Of a DNA stretch of 64,000 bases, positions 1 through 7,497 are shown in pieces. Made by a program: the position numbers and the translations under genes. The notes below the pieces were generated by a model, which worked only from the letters and a program-made list of their open reading frames with translations, was not told where the DNA came from and searched no databases. Positions within the stretch are counted from its first letter, which is position 1; every line of letters starts with the position of its first letter. Source of the stretch: Gemmatimonadota bacterium (lineage in GTDB: Bacteria; Gemmatimonadota; Gemmatimonadetes; Gemmatimonadales; GWC2-71-9); assembly GCA_039656555.1 (NCBI GenBank), contig JBDHLU010000001.1, positions 406 through 64,405 of the forward strand, in the 5' to 3' direction.

Positions 1-1
1 C

Positions 2-820
2 TACGGGCCGATGACCATGCGTCGAGGGCTGTACCTGTCGCGCAACTTGATCGCCATTCGATTAGGGATGCAGCTCGGGGTACCGGCAGTTGTCGGTGAG
101 GCGTCGCGTTTCGGGTTTTCCACTCCGATTCCCCGGTTCAATTCGATGTTCATTGGGTCTGCGTCGGTGATCCCGATCGAGATGGCCTCGGCGTACACGG
201 CGTTTGCGAGTCTCGGGACGCAGGCGGCACCGCGGGCAATTCTCCGCGTCGAGGACTCGCGCGGAAATATCGTGTGGGAGCCGCAGACGCGCCGTACGCA
301 GATCATCGACAAGGAGCACATGTACCTCGTCACCAACATGATGCGCGACGTGATCCGGCGTGGCACAGCGTTTGGTGCGATTTGGGCTCGGGGCGGTTTT
401 CACCAGGAGGCGGCCGGCAAGACCGGTACGACCAACGATGGAACCGACGTTTGGTTCGCTGGATTCACGCCGGATTTGGTCACCGTTGTGTGGATCGGGT
501 TCGACCAGCCGAAGAAGATCAAGGCCAACGCGCAAGGCGGCTTGCTCGCGGGGCCGGTGTGGGCGCGGTATATGAACGAGATCTACGAGCGTCGAGCTCC
601 CGCCAAGGCATGGCAGCGGCCGGAAGGGTTGATCGGCCGTCAAATCGATATCACTACGGGATACCTCGTCCATCCGCTGTGTCCTCGGCAGTCACGTGCC
701 TTCGAGTGGTTCATTCCCGGGACCGAGCCGACCGAGATTTGCCCTGTGCACAACCGCTTGGTCCCAGGGCTTTCGACGCCTCCCGACGATGCGGACGAGG
801 ACTCGACGCATCAGCACTAG
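2..820 (+). CDS. Class A penicillin-binding protein (PBP1A type), C-terminal transpeptidase part; 5' end lies outside the window
   Basis: Reading frame is open to the window edge. KTGTTND (KTG box), FAGFTPDLVTVVWIGFD and GGLLAGPVWARYM are typical of the class A PBP transpeptidase C-terminus. Confidence 0.85.
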   Translation, partial: YGPMTMRRGLYLSRNLIAIRLGMQLGVPAVVGEASRFGFSTPIPRFNSMFIGSASVIPIEMASAYTAFASLGTQAAPRAILRVEDSRGNIVWEPQTRRTQIIDKEHMYLVTNMMRDVIRRGTAFGAIWARGGFHQEAAGKTGTTNDGTDVWFAGFTPDLVTVVWIGFDQPKKIKANAQGGLLAGPVWARYMNEIYERRAPAKAWQRPEGLIGRQIDITTGYLVHPLCPRQSRAFEWFIPGTEPTEICPVHNRLVPGLSTPPDDADEDSTHQH

Positions 821-2072
821 CTCACGTCGGTCGTATCTGCGCCTCTCCGCACCGTTCGTTTGGCCGGCCGTAGGGCCGCTCATTCACGACGGTGCCGTGC
901 TCATCGGGCCCGCCGGAACGATCGACGAGGTGGGCCCCGCTGACGCCGTTCCGTCGCCCCCGGATGCGGACGTGCACACATTTGAGAGTTGCGTTCTGCT
1001 ACCCGGGTTGATCAACGCGCATACGCATCTCGAACTCCACGGTCTACGAGGGAGGGTCGAGGAGGCCGACTTCTTCAACTGGATCCGTGGCATCAAGGTC
1101 GCCAAGGAAGAATTGTCGGAAGAGGCCTTCGTTGAGGCCGCGCGTGCTGGTGTCCGCGACACCTGGCGTTGGGGAGTCACTACTGTGGCTGATACGGGCA
1201 CCAGTGGGGCGACGGTTTGCGCGCTGTCCGAACTTGGCGGACACGGTGTCTACTATCATGAGGCCATCACTCCAGATCCGTTGGCTGTCGAAGCCGTGTT
1301 TGCCGACTTCGAAGCCCGGGTAGAAGTGCTGCGCGAGATGGCGGGCGCCGGCGTCAGCGTGGGGGTATCGCCACACGCGCCCTACAGCGTTCATGAAGAT
1401 CTGTACCGGCGAGTCGTCGGTCTGGCGGATCGTGCGTCCCTTCCCCTGGCTGGACACGTCGCCGAATCGTCGGCGGAGACGGCCTTCGTGACCCAGGGAC
1501 AGGGCCCGTTTGCCGATCTTTGGCGGTCGAGGGGGCTCGACCTTCCTGAGCCACGCCGGAGCCCAGTGCAATTTGCCGCCGACCAGGGTCTCCTCCGACC
1601 CGAAACGCTCGCGATTCACGCGGTACAGGTGGACGACGAGGACGTGGCTCTTCTGGCTACCCACGACGCGGCCGTTGTTTCGTGCCCACGGTCGAATGTC
1701 CGGCATGGGCACGGACCTCCACCTCTTGCGCGATTGGTGGATGCCGGCATCCGCGTCGGGCTTGGGACTGATTCCATCGTCAGTGTCGGGTCCGTCGACA
1801 TGTTGGCCGAAGCGCGCGCGGCCTGCGCACTCGAAGGGATCACACCGGAGATTGCCCTCCACCTGCTCACGAGAGGGGCAGCTAGCGCACTCGGTCTCGA
1901 TCGGTCGACCGGGGCCATTGTGCGGGGGCTTCGCGCCGATCTGTGTGTGGTCGATGTTGCTGATGTGAGAGCTGGAGATGGAGCCGAGGCCGTGCTGCAC
2001 CACAGCGCGCGGGTTGCGGCAACCGTGGTCGGCGGTCGGTTCGTCTATCGGGGGAACTCAAGCGTAGTTTGA
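789..2072 (+). CDS. Amidohydrolase-superfamily deaminase/chlorohydrolase-like protein
   Basis: N-terminal HxH metal motif (LINAHTHLELH), SPHAPYSV, GHVAES and C-terminal GLGTDS. Start is ambiguous: ATG 789 overlaps the PBP end, and a later start around 860 is possible. Confidence 0.75.
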   Translation: MRTRTRRISTSSRRSYLRLSAPFVWPAVGPLIHDGAVLIGPAGTIDEVGPADAVPSPPDADVHTFESCVLLPGLINAHTHLELHGLRGRVEEADFFNWIRGIKVAKEELSEEAFVEAARAGVRDTWRWGVTTVADTGTSGATVCALSELGGHGVYYHEAITPDPLAVEAVFADFEARVEVLREMAGAGVSVGVSPHAPYSVHEDLYRRVVGLADRASLPLAGHVAESSAETAFVTQGQGPFADLWRSRGLDLPEPRRSPVQFAADQGLLRPETLAIHAVQVDDEDVALLATHDAAVVSCPRSNVRHGHGPPPLARLVDAGIRVGLGTDSIVSVGSVDMLAEARAACALEGITPEIALHLLTRGAASALGLDRSTGAIVRGLRADLCVVDVADVRAGDGAEAVLHHSARVAATVVGGRFVYRGNSSVV

Positions 2073-2333
2073 CACAGGGTGGCACACCGCGCTACGGGCA
2101 TGCATGGTCCCACTCATTCCCCTCCAGGTGAGCATCCTTGCCGGGCGGCAAAGTGCGCGGTTGCACCACCCCAGTGTCATACGGATCCTACGTGGGTGAG
2201 GGAACGCGGTTTCAGTAAACGCCCGCATTATCCTCTCCTACCCATTAGATGCACGTTCCAGACAATTGGTTTCATCGAGTCTAACTCGGGCCATTGCAGA
2301 GCTTTACGCGACGGCGTAGGTTTAGGCCCAGTG

Positions 2334-2368
2334 CCCGCCCGTTCAGCCGAGCGTGGCGGGATTTTGTG
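2334..2368 (+). terminator. Intrinsic-terminator-like hairpin (CCCGCC / GGCGGG stem, then ATTTTGTG) 23 nt upstream of the HNH gene start
   Basis: Stem 2334-2339 pairs with 2355-2360 and is extendable by 3-4 further pairs. T-run at 2362-2365. A GGGAG Shine-Dalgarno follows at 2379-2384. Confidence 0.45.
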
Positions 2369-2390
2369 CATGTGAATCAGGGAGCCTGGC

Positions 2391-2942
2391 ATGCGTTGTT
2401 TGACGCTGAACGCATCCTTTGAGCCGCTCACGCTCGTTCCCGTTCGACGCGCCCTTCGCCTCGTCATCGATGGCAAGGCCGAGATCGTCGAGTCGGACGG
2501 TAACCGCGTATTTCGTAGTGCCCATGTTACGGTTCCCCGACCCTCGGTCATTCGACTCCGCCGGTTCGTGCACGTGCCGCGGAAGTTCCGACGGCAGGTT
2601 ACGAACACCTTCCTCTTCGCTCGCGACCGATATCGGTGTCAGTTCTGCGGTCGACGCGATGTCGAATTGGGATTCCGCGAGTGTTTGACCCGAGACCACC
2701 TGGTACCGCTTTCACGGGGTGGATCCAATGCTTGGGCCAACGTGGTGACAGCGTGTTCGACGTGTAATACGCGCAAGGGAAACCGCCTAGTGGCTGAGTG
2801 CGGCATGCAGTTGCTCTCTGTGCCAGCCGAACCGCACTTCGTATACCTGACCTGGGCGGTTCGCAAGCTGACGGATGTGCAGTCGAAGTACATCCGGATG
2901 TTCTACGGTGAGGATACGCTGCGGCAGTTGGCTGGTCTTTAG
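2391..2942 (+). CDS. Small HNH endonuclease with PLMP-like N-terminal domain (IshB-like; no RuvC domain)
   Basis: HNH core CQFCG..(19 aa)..[30 protein letters not shown] (CxxC...DH...N...CxxCN). N-terminus is [37 protein letters not shown] sits 7 nt upstream of the ATG. Confidence 0.8.
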   Translation: MRCLTLNASFEPLTLVPVRRALRLVIDGKAEIVESDGNRVFRSAHVTVPRPSVIRLRRFVHVPRKFRRQVTNTFLFARDRYRCQFCGRRDVELGFRECLTRDHLVPLSRGGSNAWANVVTACSTCNTRKGNRLVAECGMQLLSVPAEPHFVYLTWAVRKLTDVQSKYIRMFYGEDTLRQLAGL

Positions 2943-2954
2943 AGCCGGTCCTGA

Positions 2955-2998
2955 CCCATCCCCCTATCCCGTCATCCCACCATCCCACTATCTTATCC
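2955..2998 (+). repeat. 8-bp-periodic C-tract element, copy A (CCC at 2955, 2960, 2968, 2976, 2984); G-quadruplex-capable on the minus strand
   Basis: cccatCCCCCTATCCCgtcATCCCaccATCCCACTAtcttatcc has only one G in 44 nt. It shares CCCCCTATCCC and ATCCCACTA with copy B at 57289-57332. Confidence 0.7.
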
Positions 2999-3024
2999 AG
3001 CTACGGAAGTGTCGTGAGGACTGG

Positions 3025-4596
3025 TTGGACAGTTACAACTTGCTAGAGACCTTTGCCAAGCACGCCAAGAGGGCACCCGATCGTGAGTGTCTGGTGCTTG
3101 GCAACCGACGCCTGACGTACGGTCAGGTCCAGTCCGAGGTGGACGCGTTGGCGACGGCTCTGCACGACCTGGGGGTGACCCCAGGGACGCGGGTGGCCGT
3201 GGATCTACCCAACTGGCCGGAATGGGTGGTGCTGTTTCTCGCCGTCTCGAAACTCGGTGCGGTGCTCGTACCCCTGAACTCCTCGCTAGGCTATCACGAA
3301 CTCAAATACCTGTTGCGGCACACCGAGGCGATGGTCGCGGTGGTTGCGCAGAGGTTGGGCGACGTCGACTGCTTCGAGGTGTTCGAGGACCTCGAAGGCT
3401 CACTTCCTGACCTCCAGTACCTCGTCAGTGTGGGGATGGAGGACTCCTGGGCGGACGACCGGATCCATAGGTGGTCGGATTTGTTGGCCCGGGGACGCTC
3501 ACGGGATCCGGTGGCAGGCACGCTCACCGATCCGAAAGACCCCGCGGCGATCCTGTATACCTCGGGTACCATGGGGAAGCCGAAGGGGGTGGTGTTGTCG
3601 CTGGAGAGTCTGATCTTCACGGCAGACCGATCGGTCGATGCGCTCGAACAGTCGGCGGATGATCGCGTGCTTGTGGCGGTTCCCTTGTTTACTATCTTTG
3701 GGATCCATATCGTGCTCGGCGGACTCGTGAGTGGCGGGACCCTCGTGTTCCAGGAACGATTCGAGCCAGGAGCGGCCCTCGACTTGATCGAAGCGGAGGG
3801 CATCACGGTCTGCCACGGTGTGCCAACCATGTTCCAACTCTTGATGCGCGAGCCCTCATTCGAGAGTAGGAATCTGTCCACTGTCCGAACGGGCATTGCG
3901 GCGGGGAGCCCGGTCTCCCCAGACCTCGTGCGGAGAATTCGGCGGTGGAATGACGTGCAAATCGCCTATGGACTCACCGAAACGGGTCCGACGGTTTCGA
4001 TCACTCAGTTCGACGATCCGACTGAGTGCCGCGAATCCACCGTCGGGAGACCGATTTCGGGAGTGGAGGTGCGCGTGCTAGAAGTCATATCCGATGACGC
4101 GCACGGTACCAAGGCTGTTGGCGAGCTTGCCGTCCGCGGTCCGAACGTCATGACGGGATACCTCCGCATGCCGTCCGAGACCAAGAAGCTGTTCACGGAG
4201 GACGGATTCTTCGTGACCGGCGATCTCGCGTTCGTCGACGAGGCTGGATACGTCACGATCGTTGGAAGACGAAGGGCCATGATCATTCGTGGCGGCCACA
4301 ATGTCTTCCCCAGAGAGTTGGAAGATGTGCTCCGTACCCATCCGGCACTTGATGATGCCTGTGTGGTCGGGATCCCCAACGAAATACTCGGGGAGCTGAT
4401 CTGCGCGTGTGTCATTCCGGTGGAAGGAGCGATCATCACTGGGGAGGAGATCAAGGAATTCTGCCGCGAGCACCTTGCCAACTACAAGGTCCCGGATGCG
4501 GTCCGGTTCTTCGACACCTTCCCGATGACCGGGAGCGGGAAGGTGCAACGACTGGAACTGGAACGCGTTATGGGGCTGGAATTGAGTAATACGTGA
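3025..4596 (+). CDS. AMP-dependent acyl-CoA synthetase/ligase (fatty-acid-CoA ligase family)
   Basis: AMP-binding signature [13 protein letters not shown], plus YGLTETG and [19 protein letters not shown]. The ORF opens at 2875, but its first ~50 codons run through the C-tract repeat. In-frame TTG 3025 is proposed as the start (uncertain). Confidence 0.85.
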   Translation: MDSYNLLETFAKHAKRAPDRECLVLGNRRLTYGQVQSEVDALATALHDLGVTPGTRVAVDLPNWPEWVVLFLAVSKLGAVLVPLNSSLGYHELKYLLRHTEAMVAVVAQRLGDVDCFEVFEDLEGSLPDLQYLVSVGMEDSWADDRIHRWSDLLARGRSRDPVAGTLTDPKDPAAILYTSGTMGKPKGVVLSLESLIFTADRSVDALEQSADDRVLVAVPLFTIFGIHIVLGGLVSGGTLVFQERFEPGAALDLIEAEGITVCHGVPTMFQLLMREPSFESRNLSTVRTGIAAGSPVSPDLVRRIRRWNDVQIAYGLTETGPTVSITQFDDPTECRESTVGRPISGVEVRVLEVISDDAHGTKAVGELAVRGPNVMTGYLRMPSETKKLFTEDGFFVTGDLAFVDEAGYVTIVGRRRAMIIRGGHNVFPRELEDVLRTHPALDDACVVGIPNEILGELICACVIPVEGAIITGEEIKEFCREHLANYKVPDAVRFFDTFPMTGSGKVQRLELERVMGLELSNT

Positions 4597-6272
4597 ACGA
4601 CAGAACTCCCAACATGGCGTCGCCAAGCGGCGCCGCCACCGTGCACGCCCCCAACGCAGCATTGATGATCGATTTCGACAACGTCACGTTGGGTATCCGA
4701 ACCGATCTGCAGAATCAACTTCGTGCGCTGATGAACTCCGAGATCATCAAGGGCAAGGTGGCGGTCCAACGCGCGTATGCCGATTGGCGGCGCTACCCTC
4801 AGTACATCGTGCCGCTATCGGAGGCATCCATCGATCTCATTTTCGCGCCGGCATTTGGTTCCAACAAGAAAAATGCGACCGATATCCGTTTGGCTATCGA
4901 CGCGCTCGAACTCGTATTCACGCGACCGGAGATCGGGGTGTTCATCTTGCTCTCGGGCGATTCGGACTTCTCGAGCCTGGTGCTGAAGCTGAAGGAATAC
5001 GGAAAATACGTAATCGGTGTCGGGATCCGCGAATCGTCGAGCGATCTGCTCATTCAGAACTGCGACGAGTATTACAGCTACAATGAGTTGACCGGATTCA
5101 CGAAAGAAAGTGACGTCGAACGCGTGTCGATGGATCCGTGGCAACTCGTCGTGCTCGCGGTGACGCAGATGAAGAAAGAAGAAGACGTGATGCGTTCTGA
5201 TCGTCTGAAGCAGGTCATGCAGTCGCTCGACCCCACCTTCGACGAAAAGAGCGCCGGCTTCAACCGGTTCAGCAAATTCGTCGTCGAGGCGCAGAATCGA
5301 GGAATGATCACGCTTACGAAACTCGACAACGGCCAATTCGCCGTCGATATCGGTGACAACGCCAATGTGTCGCCCGAGGACGAAGAAGCGTTCAAGCAAT
5401 CGAGTGGCCGCGGCGGAGGTCGTTCAAAGCGTCGTCCACGTTCTAGGGGGCCGGCCAAACGCAGCACGCTGCTCCTGGCCGAAGCGTTCGATCTTCTGCG
5501 AGAGGCATTGGTTCAGTTGGGGGCGACCGTCGAAGCGTCCGTAGATGCCGAGGCGGTGCACGAACGGATGTTGGAGCTGTTCTCCGGCGATGATGATCCG
5601 TTGTTCGAACGCCCACGGTTCCAACGACTCATGCGCCAAGCGCACGACGCCGATGTAATCGAACTGGTGAAGCAGGGCGACACCTACGCAATGCGATTGA
5701 GTACTGCCACACCGGCACCGGCCGCCAAAGTGGAGAAAGGCGAGGACTCAGGCGAAGCGACGAAACGCCCGCGCACGACGCCAAAGACCACGAAGGCCAA
5801 GACCACGAGAAAGAGGGCGCCAAGGCGTAAACCGTCAAAGACGGAGGAAGCGGATCAGTCACCGAACGCAGGAAAGAAGGACCAGCCTGCGGCCACTGAC
5901 CCGGTCGCGCCACGACAGTCGACCGGCTCCCGTTCGCTTGGGCCACGCCGCGGGAGTAGCCGGGGATCTCGAGGTGTGAAGGCTCCACCGAAGCAGGAGG
6001 AACCAAAGAGCGCGGAATCGGTGGGTTCGCCCAAACCGACTCCGGATCCCAAACCCACTCCAGAACCCAGATCCAAACCCGCCCCCAAATCCAAACCGGC
6101 CCCCAAATCCAAACCGGCCCCCAAATCCAAACCGGCACACACACAACGGGTCGACGGAGCTCCACGATCACCCATCGCCGGCGAGACCGCGTCCTCCGAA
6201 GAAGATGGTGGACTTCTCAAGCGCATGAGCGCCGCGATCCAGAAGGTGATGCGGGGTCCGGAGGACGAGTAG
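4593..6272 (+). CDS. NYN (LabA-like) domain protein with central OST-HTH/LOTUS-like region and Lys/Pro-rich basic C-terminal tail
   Basis: [21 protein letters not shown] and [27 protein letters not shown] fit the NYN/LabA fold. The C-terminal ~190 aa are K/P/R/T-rich. GTG 4593 overlaps the upstream stop (GTGA); ATG 4614 is an alternative start. Confidence 0.75.
   Translation: MNDRTPNMASPSGAATVHAPNAALMIDFDNVTLGIRTDLQNQLRALMNSEIIKGKVAVQRAYADWRRYPQYIVPLSEASIDLIFAPAFGSNKKNATDIRLAIDALELVFTRPEIGVFILLSGDSDFSSLVLKLKEYGKYVIGVGIRESSSDLLIQNCDEYYSYNELTGFTKESDVERVSMDPWQLVVLAVTQMKKEEDVMRSDRLKQVMQSLDPTFDEKSAGFNRFSKFVVEAQNRGMITLTKLDNGQFAVDIGDNANVSPEDEEAFKQSSGRGGGRSKRRPRSRGPAKRSTLLLAEAFDLLREALVQLGATVEASVDAEAVHERMLELFSGDDDPLFERPRFQRLMRQAHDADVIELVKQGDTYAMRLSTATPAPAAKVEKGEDSGEATKRPRTTPKTTKAKTTRKRAPRRKPSKTEEADQSPNAGKKDQPAATDPVAPRQSTGSRSLGPRRGSSRGSRGVKAPPKQEEPKSAESVGSPKPTPDPKPTPEPRSKPAPKSKPAPKSKPAPKSKPAHTQRVDGAPRSPIAGETASSEEDGGLLKRMSAAIQKVMRGPEDE
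6069..6140 (+). repeat. 18-bp tandem repeat x4 (AAATCCAAACCGGCCCCC) encoding (KSKPAP)n inside the NYN protein tail
   Basis: Units at 6069-6086 (2 mismatches), 6087-6104, 6105-6122 (identical to the previous unit) and 6123-6140 (diverges at its 3' end). Confidence 0.9.
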
Positions 6273-6316
6273 CCCGCCCACTCCCGAAGCAGTTCTTCGC
6301 GCGTGACACCGTAGGT

Positions 6317-6850
6317 GTGGCGCGCGATCTGCTTGGGTGCGTGCTCGAGACGACCCTAGGCGGTGCGACGACTGCTGGCCGGATCGTCGAGGTCGAGGCC
6401 TACACGGGCCCAGACGACCCGGCGGCTCACAGTTTCGGCAACCGCAAGACTGCGCGAAACACGTCGATGTTTGGCCCAGCTGGGTGTGCCTACGTGTACC
6501 GCAGCTACGGCATGCATTGGTGTGTGAACGTGGTGACGGAGCGTCGTGGGTACCCCACTGCCGTCCTGATTCGGGCACTCGAACCTCTGAGAGGGCTCGA
6601 GGTAATGCGGGAACGACGAGGGGTGGACCGGGACAGGTTGCTGTGTGCCGGGCCGGGGCGTTTGTGCCAGGCGCTTGCCGTCACCCGTGAACACGATGGC
6701 AAGCCGCTGCAACGTGGGCCGCTTCGGGTCCTCGGCGGCGAGCCAAAACCCGATATCGAAATCGGAGTGAGCGGTCGCATCGGGATTTCCAAGGCCAGCG
6801 ACTGGCCGTTGCGCTTCTACATCGTGGGGTCGCGCTGGTTGTCGCGCTAG
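6317..6850 (+). CDS. mpg: DNA-3-methyladenine glycosylase (Mpg/AAG family)
   Basis: VEVEAYTGPDDPAAHSFGNRKTARNTSMFGPAGCAYVYRSYGMHWCVNVV is the characteristic Mpg core. GTG start. Confidence 0.85.
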   Translation: MARDLLGCVLETTLGGATTAGRIVEVEAYTGPDDPAAHSFGNRKTARNTSMFGPAGCAYVYRSYGMHWCVNVVTERRGYPTAVLIRALEPLRGLEVMRERRGVDRDRLLCAGPGRLCQALAVTREHDGKPLQRGPLRVLGGEPKPDIEIGVSGRIGISKASDWPLRFYIVGSRWLSR

Positions 6851-7069
6851 AGCCCCCGCGGCGAGGGGTCACGATGGCCGATAGTCGATGGCCGACGGAT
6901 ATACTCCGTCCGCCCGCCCGCCAGTCCGCGGCTACAGCACCTCGTTTCGCGGCGCTACGTCGCGGAACTCCAGAAGCCCGGCATCAGACTACCGTCGATC
7001 GTCGCGATGGTCGGTGCGGCCGGCATCGGCGTGGTCGTCGGAAGGACGATCCCGTGAAAAAGGGCCCAT

Positions 7070-7279
7070 TTACAAAGGTTGTTTGTAAGCTCACAACGCC
7101 CGTTTGTCGGCTTACAGTCGCCGTTTGCAGCATTACACGCGGCGTCTGCGACCTTACAGTCGCCGTGTGCAATGCTGCAAACGGCGTATGTAACCTTCCC
7201 CACACCGTCTGCAACGTTACATATGCCGTTGTAATGCTTGCAAACGGCCAATGTCGGCTTACAAACACCGATTGTCGGC
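7070..7279. repeat. Array of ten exactly phased 21-bp degenerate direct repeats (approx. TTACA-N3-GCCGT-N-TGY-N4), non-coding
   Basis: The TTACA-class anchor recurs at 7070, 7091, 7112, 7133, 7154, 7175, 7196, 7217, 7238 and 7259, always 21 bp apart. GC is lower than the surroundings. An embedded 15-bp hairpin pairs 7180-7194 with 7216-7230. One extra out-of-phase unit lies near 7307-7330. Confidence 0.85.
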
Positions 7280-7497
7280 CGGGTTTCCTGTTCCCCTGAT
7301 TTCGTTGGCTTGCAAACCGTGTCGGTTCACTCATTCACAACCCTCACAGGGAAGTATCCTATGAGTCGCTTCCCCCGAACAGAGCCCGAGATAGCTACGC
7401 TTGCCCTCGTGGTCACGCAGGGACTTGCCGTGATTGGCTCTCCATTAGGCATGGTTAGTCGTAGAAGCGACCACCTGGCACGGGTACCAGCCACGCG

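Noticed and set aside
2077-2366. The structured leader upstream of the HNH gene considered as a known housekeeping RNA (SRP/4.5S, 6S, tmRNA, RNase P, tRNA) or a common riboswitch.
   Set aside because: I could not find the motifs I remember for any of these:
- SRP: GGAAGCAGC near a GNRA loop.
- tmRNA: a tag-ORF and a tRNA-like end.
- RNase P: GAGGAAAGUCC.
- tRNA: a T-loop GGTTCGAATCC.
- B12 box, or the TPP motif CUGAGA.

Identity remains open, and a covariance-model scan is needed.
2875-3024. The N-terminal 50 codons of the acyl-CoA synthetase ORF ([42 protein letters not shown]...).
   Set aside because: This stretch overlaps the HNH gene end and runs through the C-tract repeat. It does not resemble the N-terminus of AMP-binding enzymes, whose homology begins near [14 protein letters not shown] downstream start (TTG 3025) is more plausible.
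7070-7279. The repeat array considered as a CRISPR locus or as a replication origin.
   Set aside because: - The units are contiguous 21-mers with no spacers, are degenerate rather than identical, and have no cas genes nearby, so this is not a CRISPR array.
- There are no DnaA-box (TTATCCACA-like) clusters, no AT-rich unwinding element, and no dnaA/dnaN/par genes in the neighbourhood, so this is not an obvious oriC.
6874-7299. ORFs through the 21-bp array (plus strand 6874-7299; minus strand 6955-7251 and 6984-7334). They translate to striking Cys-heptad peptides (VVCKLTT PVCRLTV AVCSITR GVCDLTV ...) and could be read as a Cys-rich repeat protein or a RiPP precursor.
   Set aside because: - Several frames on both strands are open simply because the repeat lacks stop triplets.
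- Third-position GC is ~50%, against the strong GC3 bias of real genes here.
- There is no Shine-Dalgarno sequence or sensible N-terminus.
- The residues upstream of the repeats are Arg-rich junk.

I treat it as non-coding, but translation has not been formally excluded.
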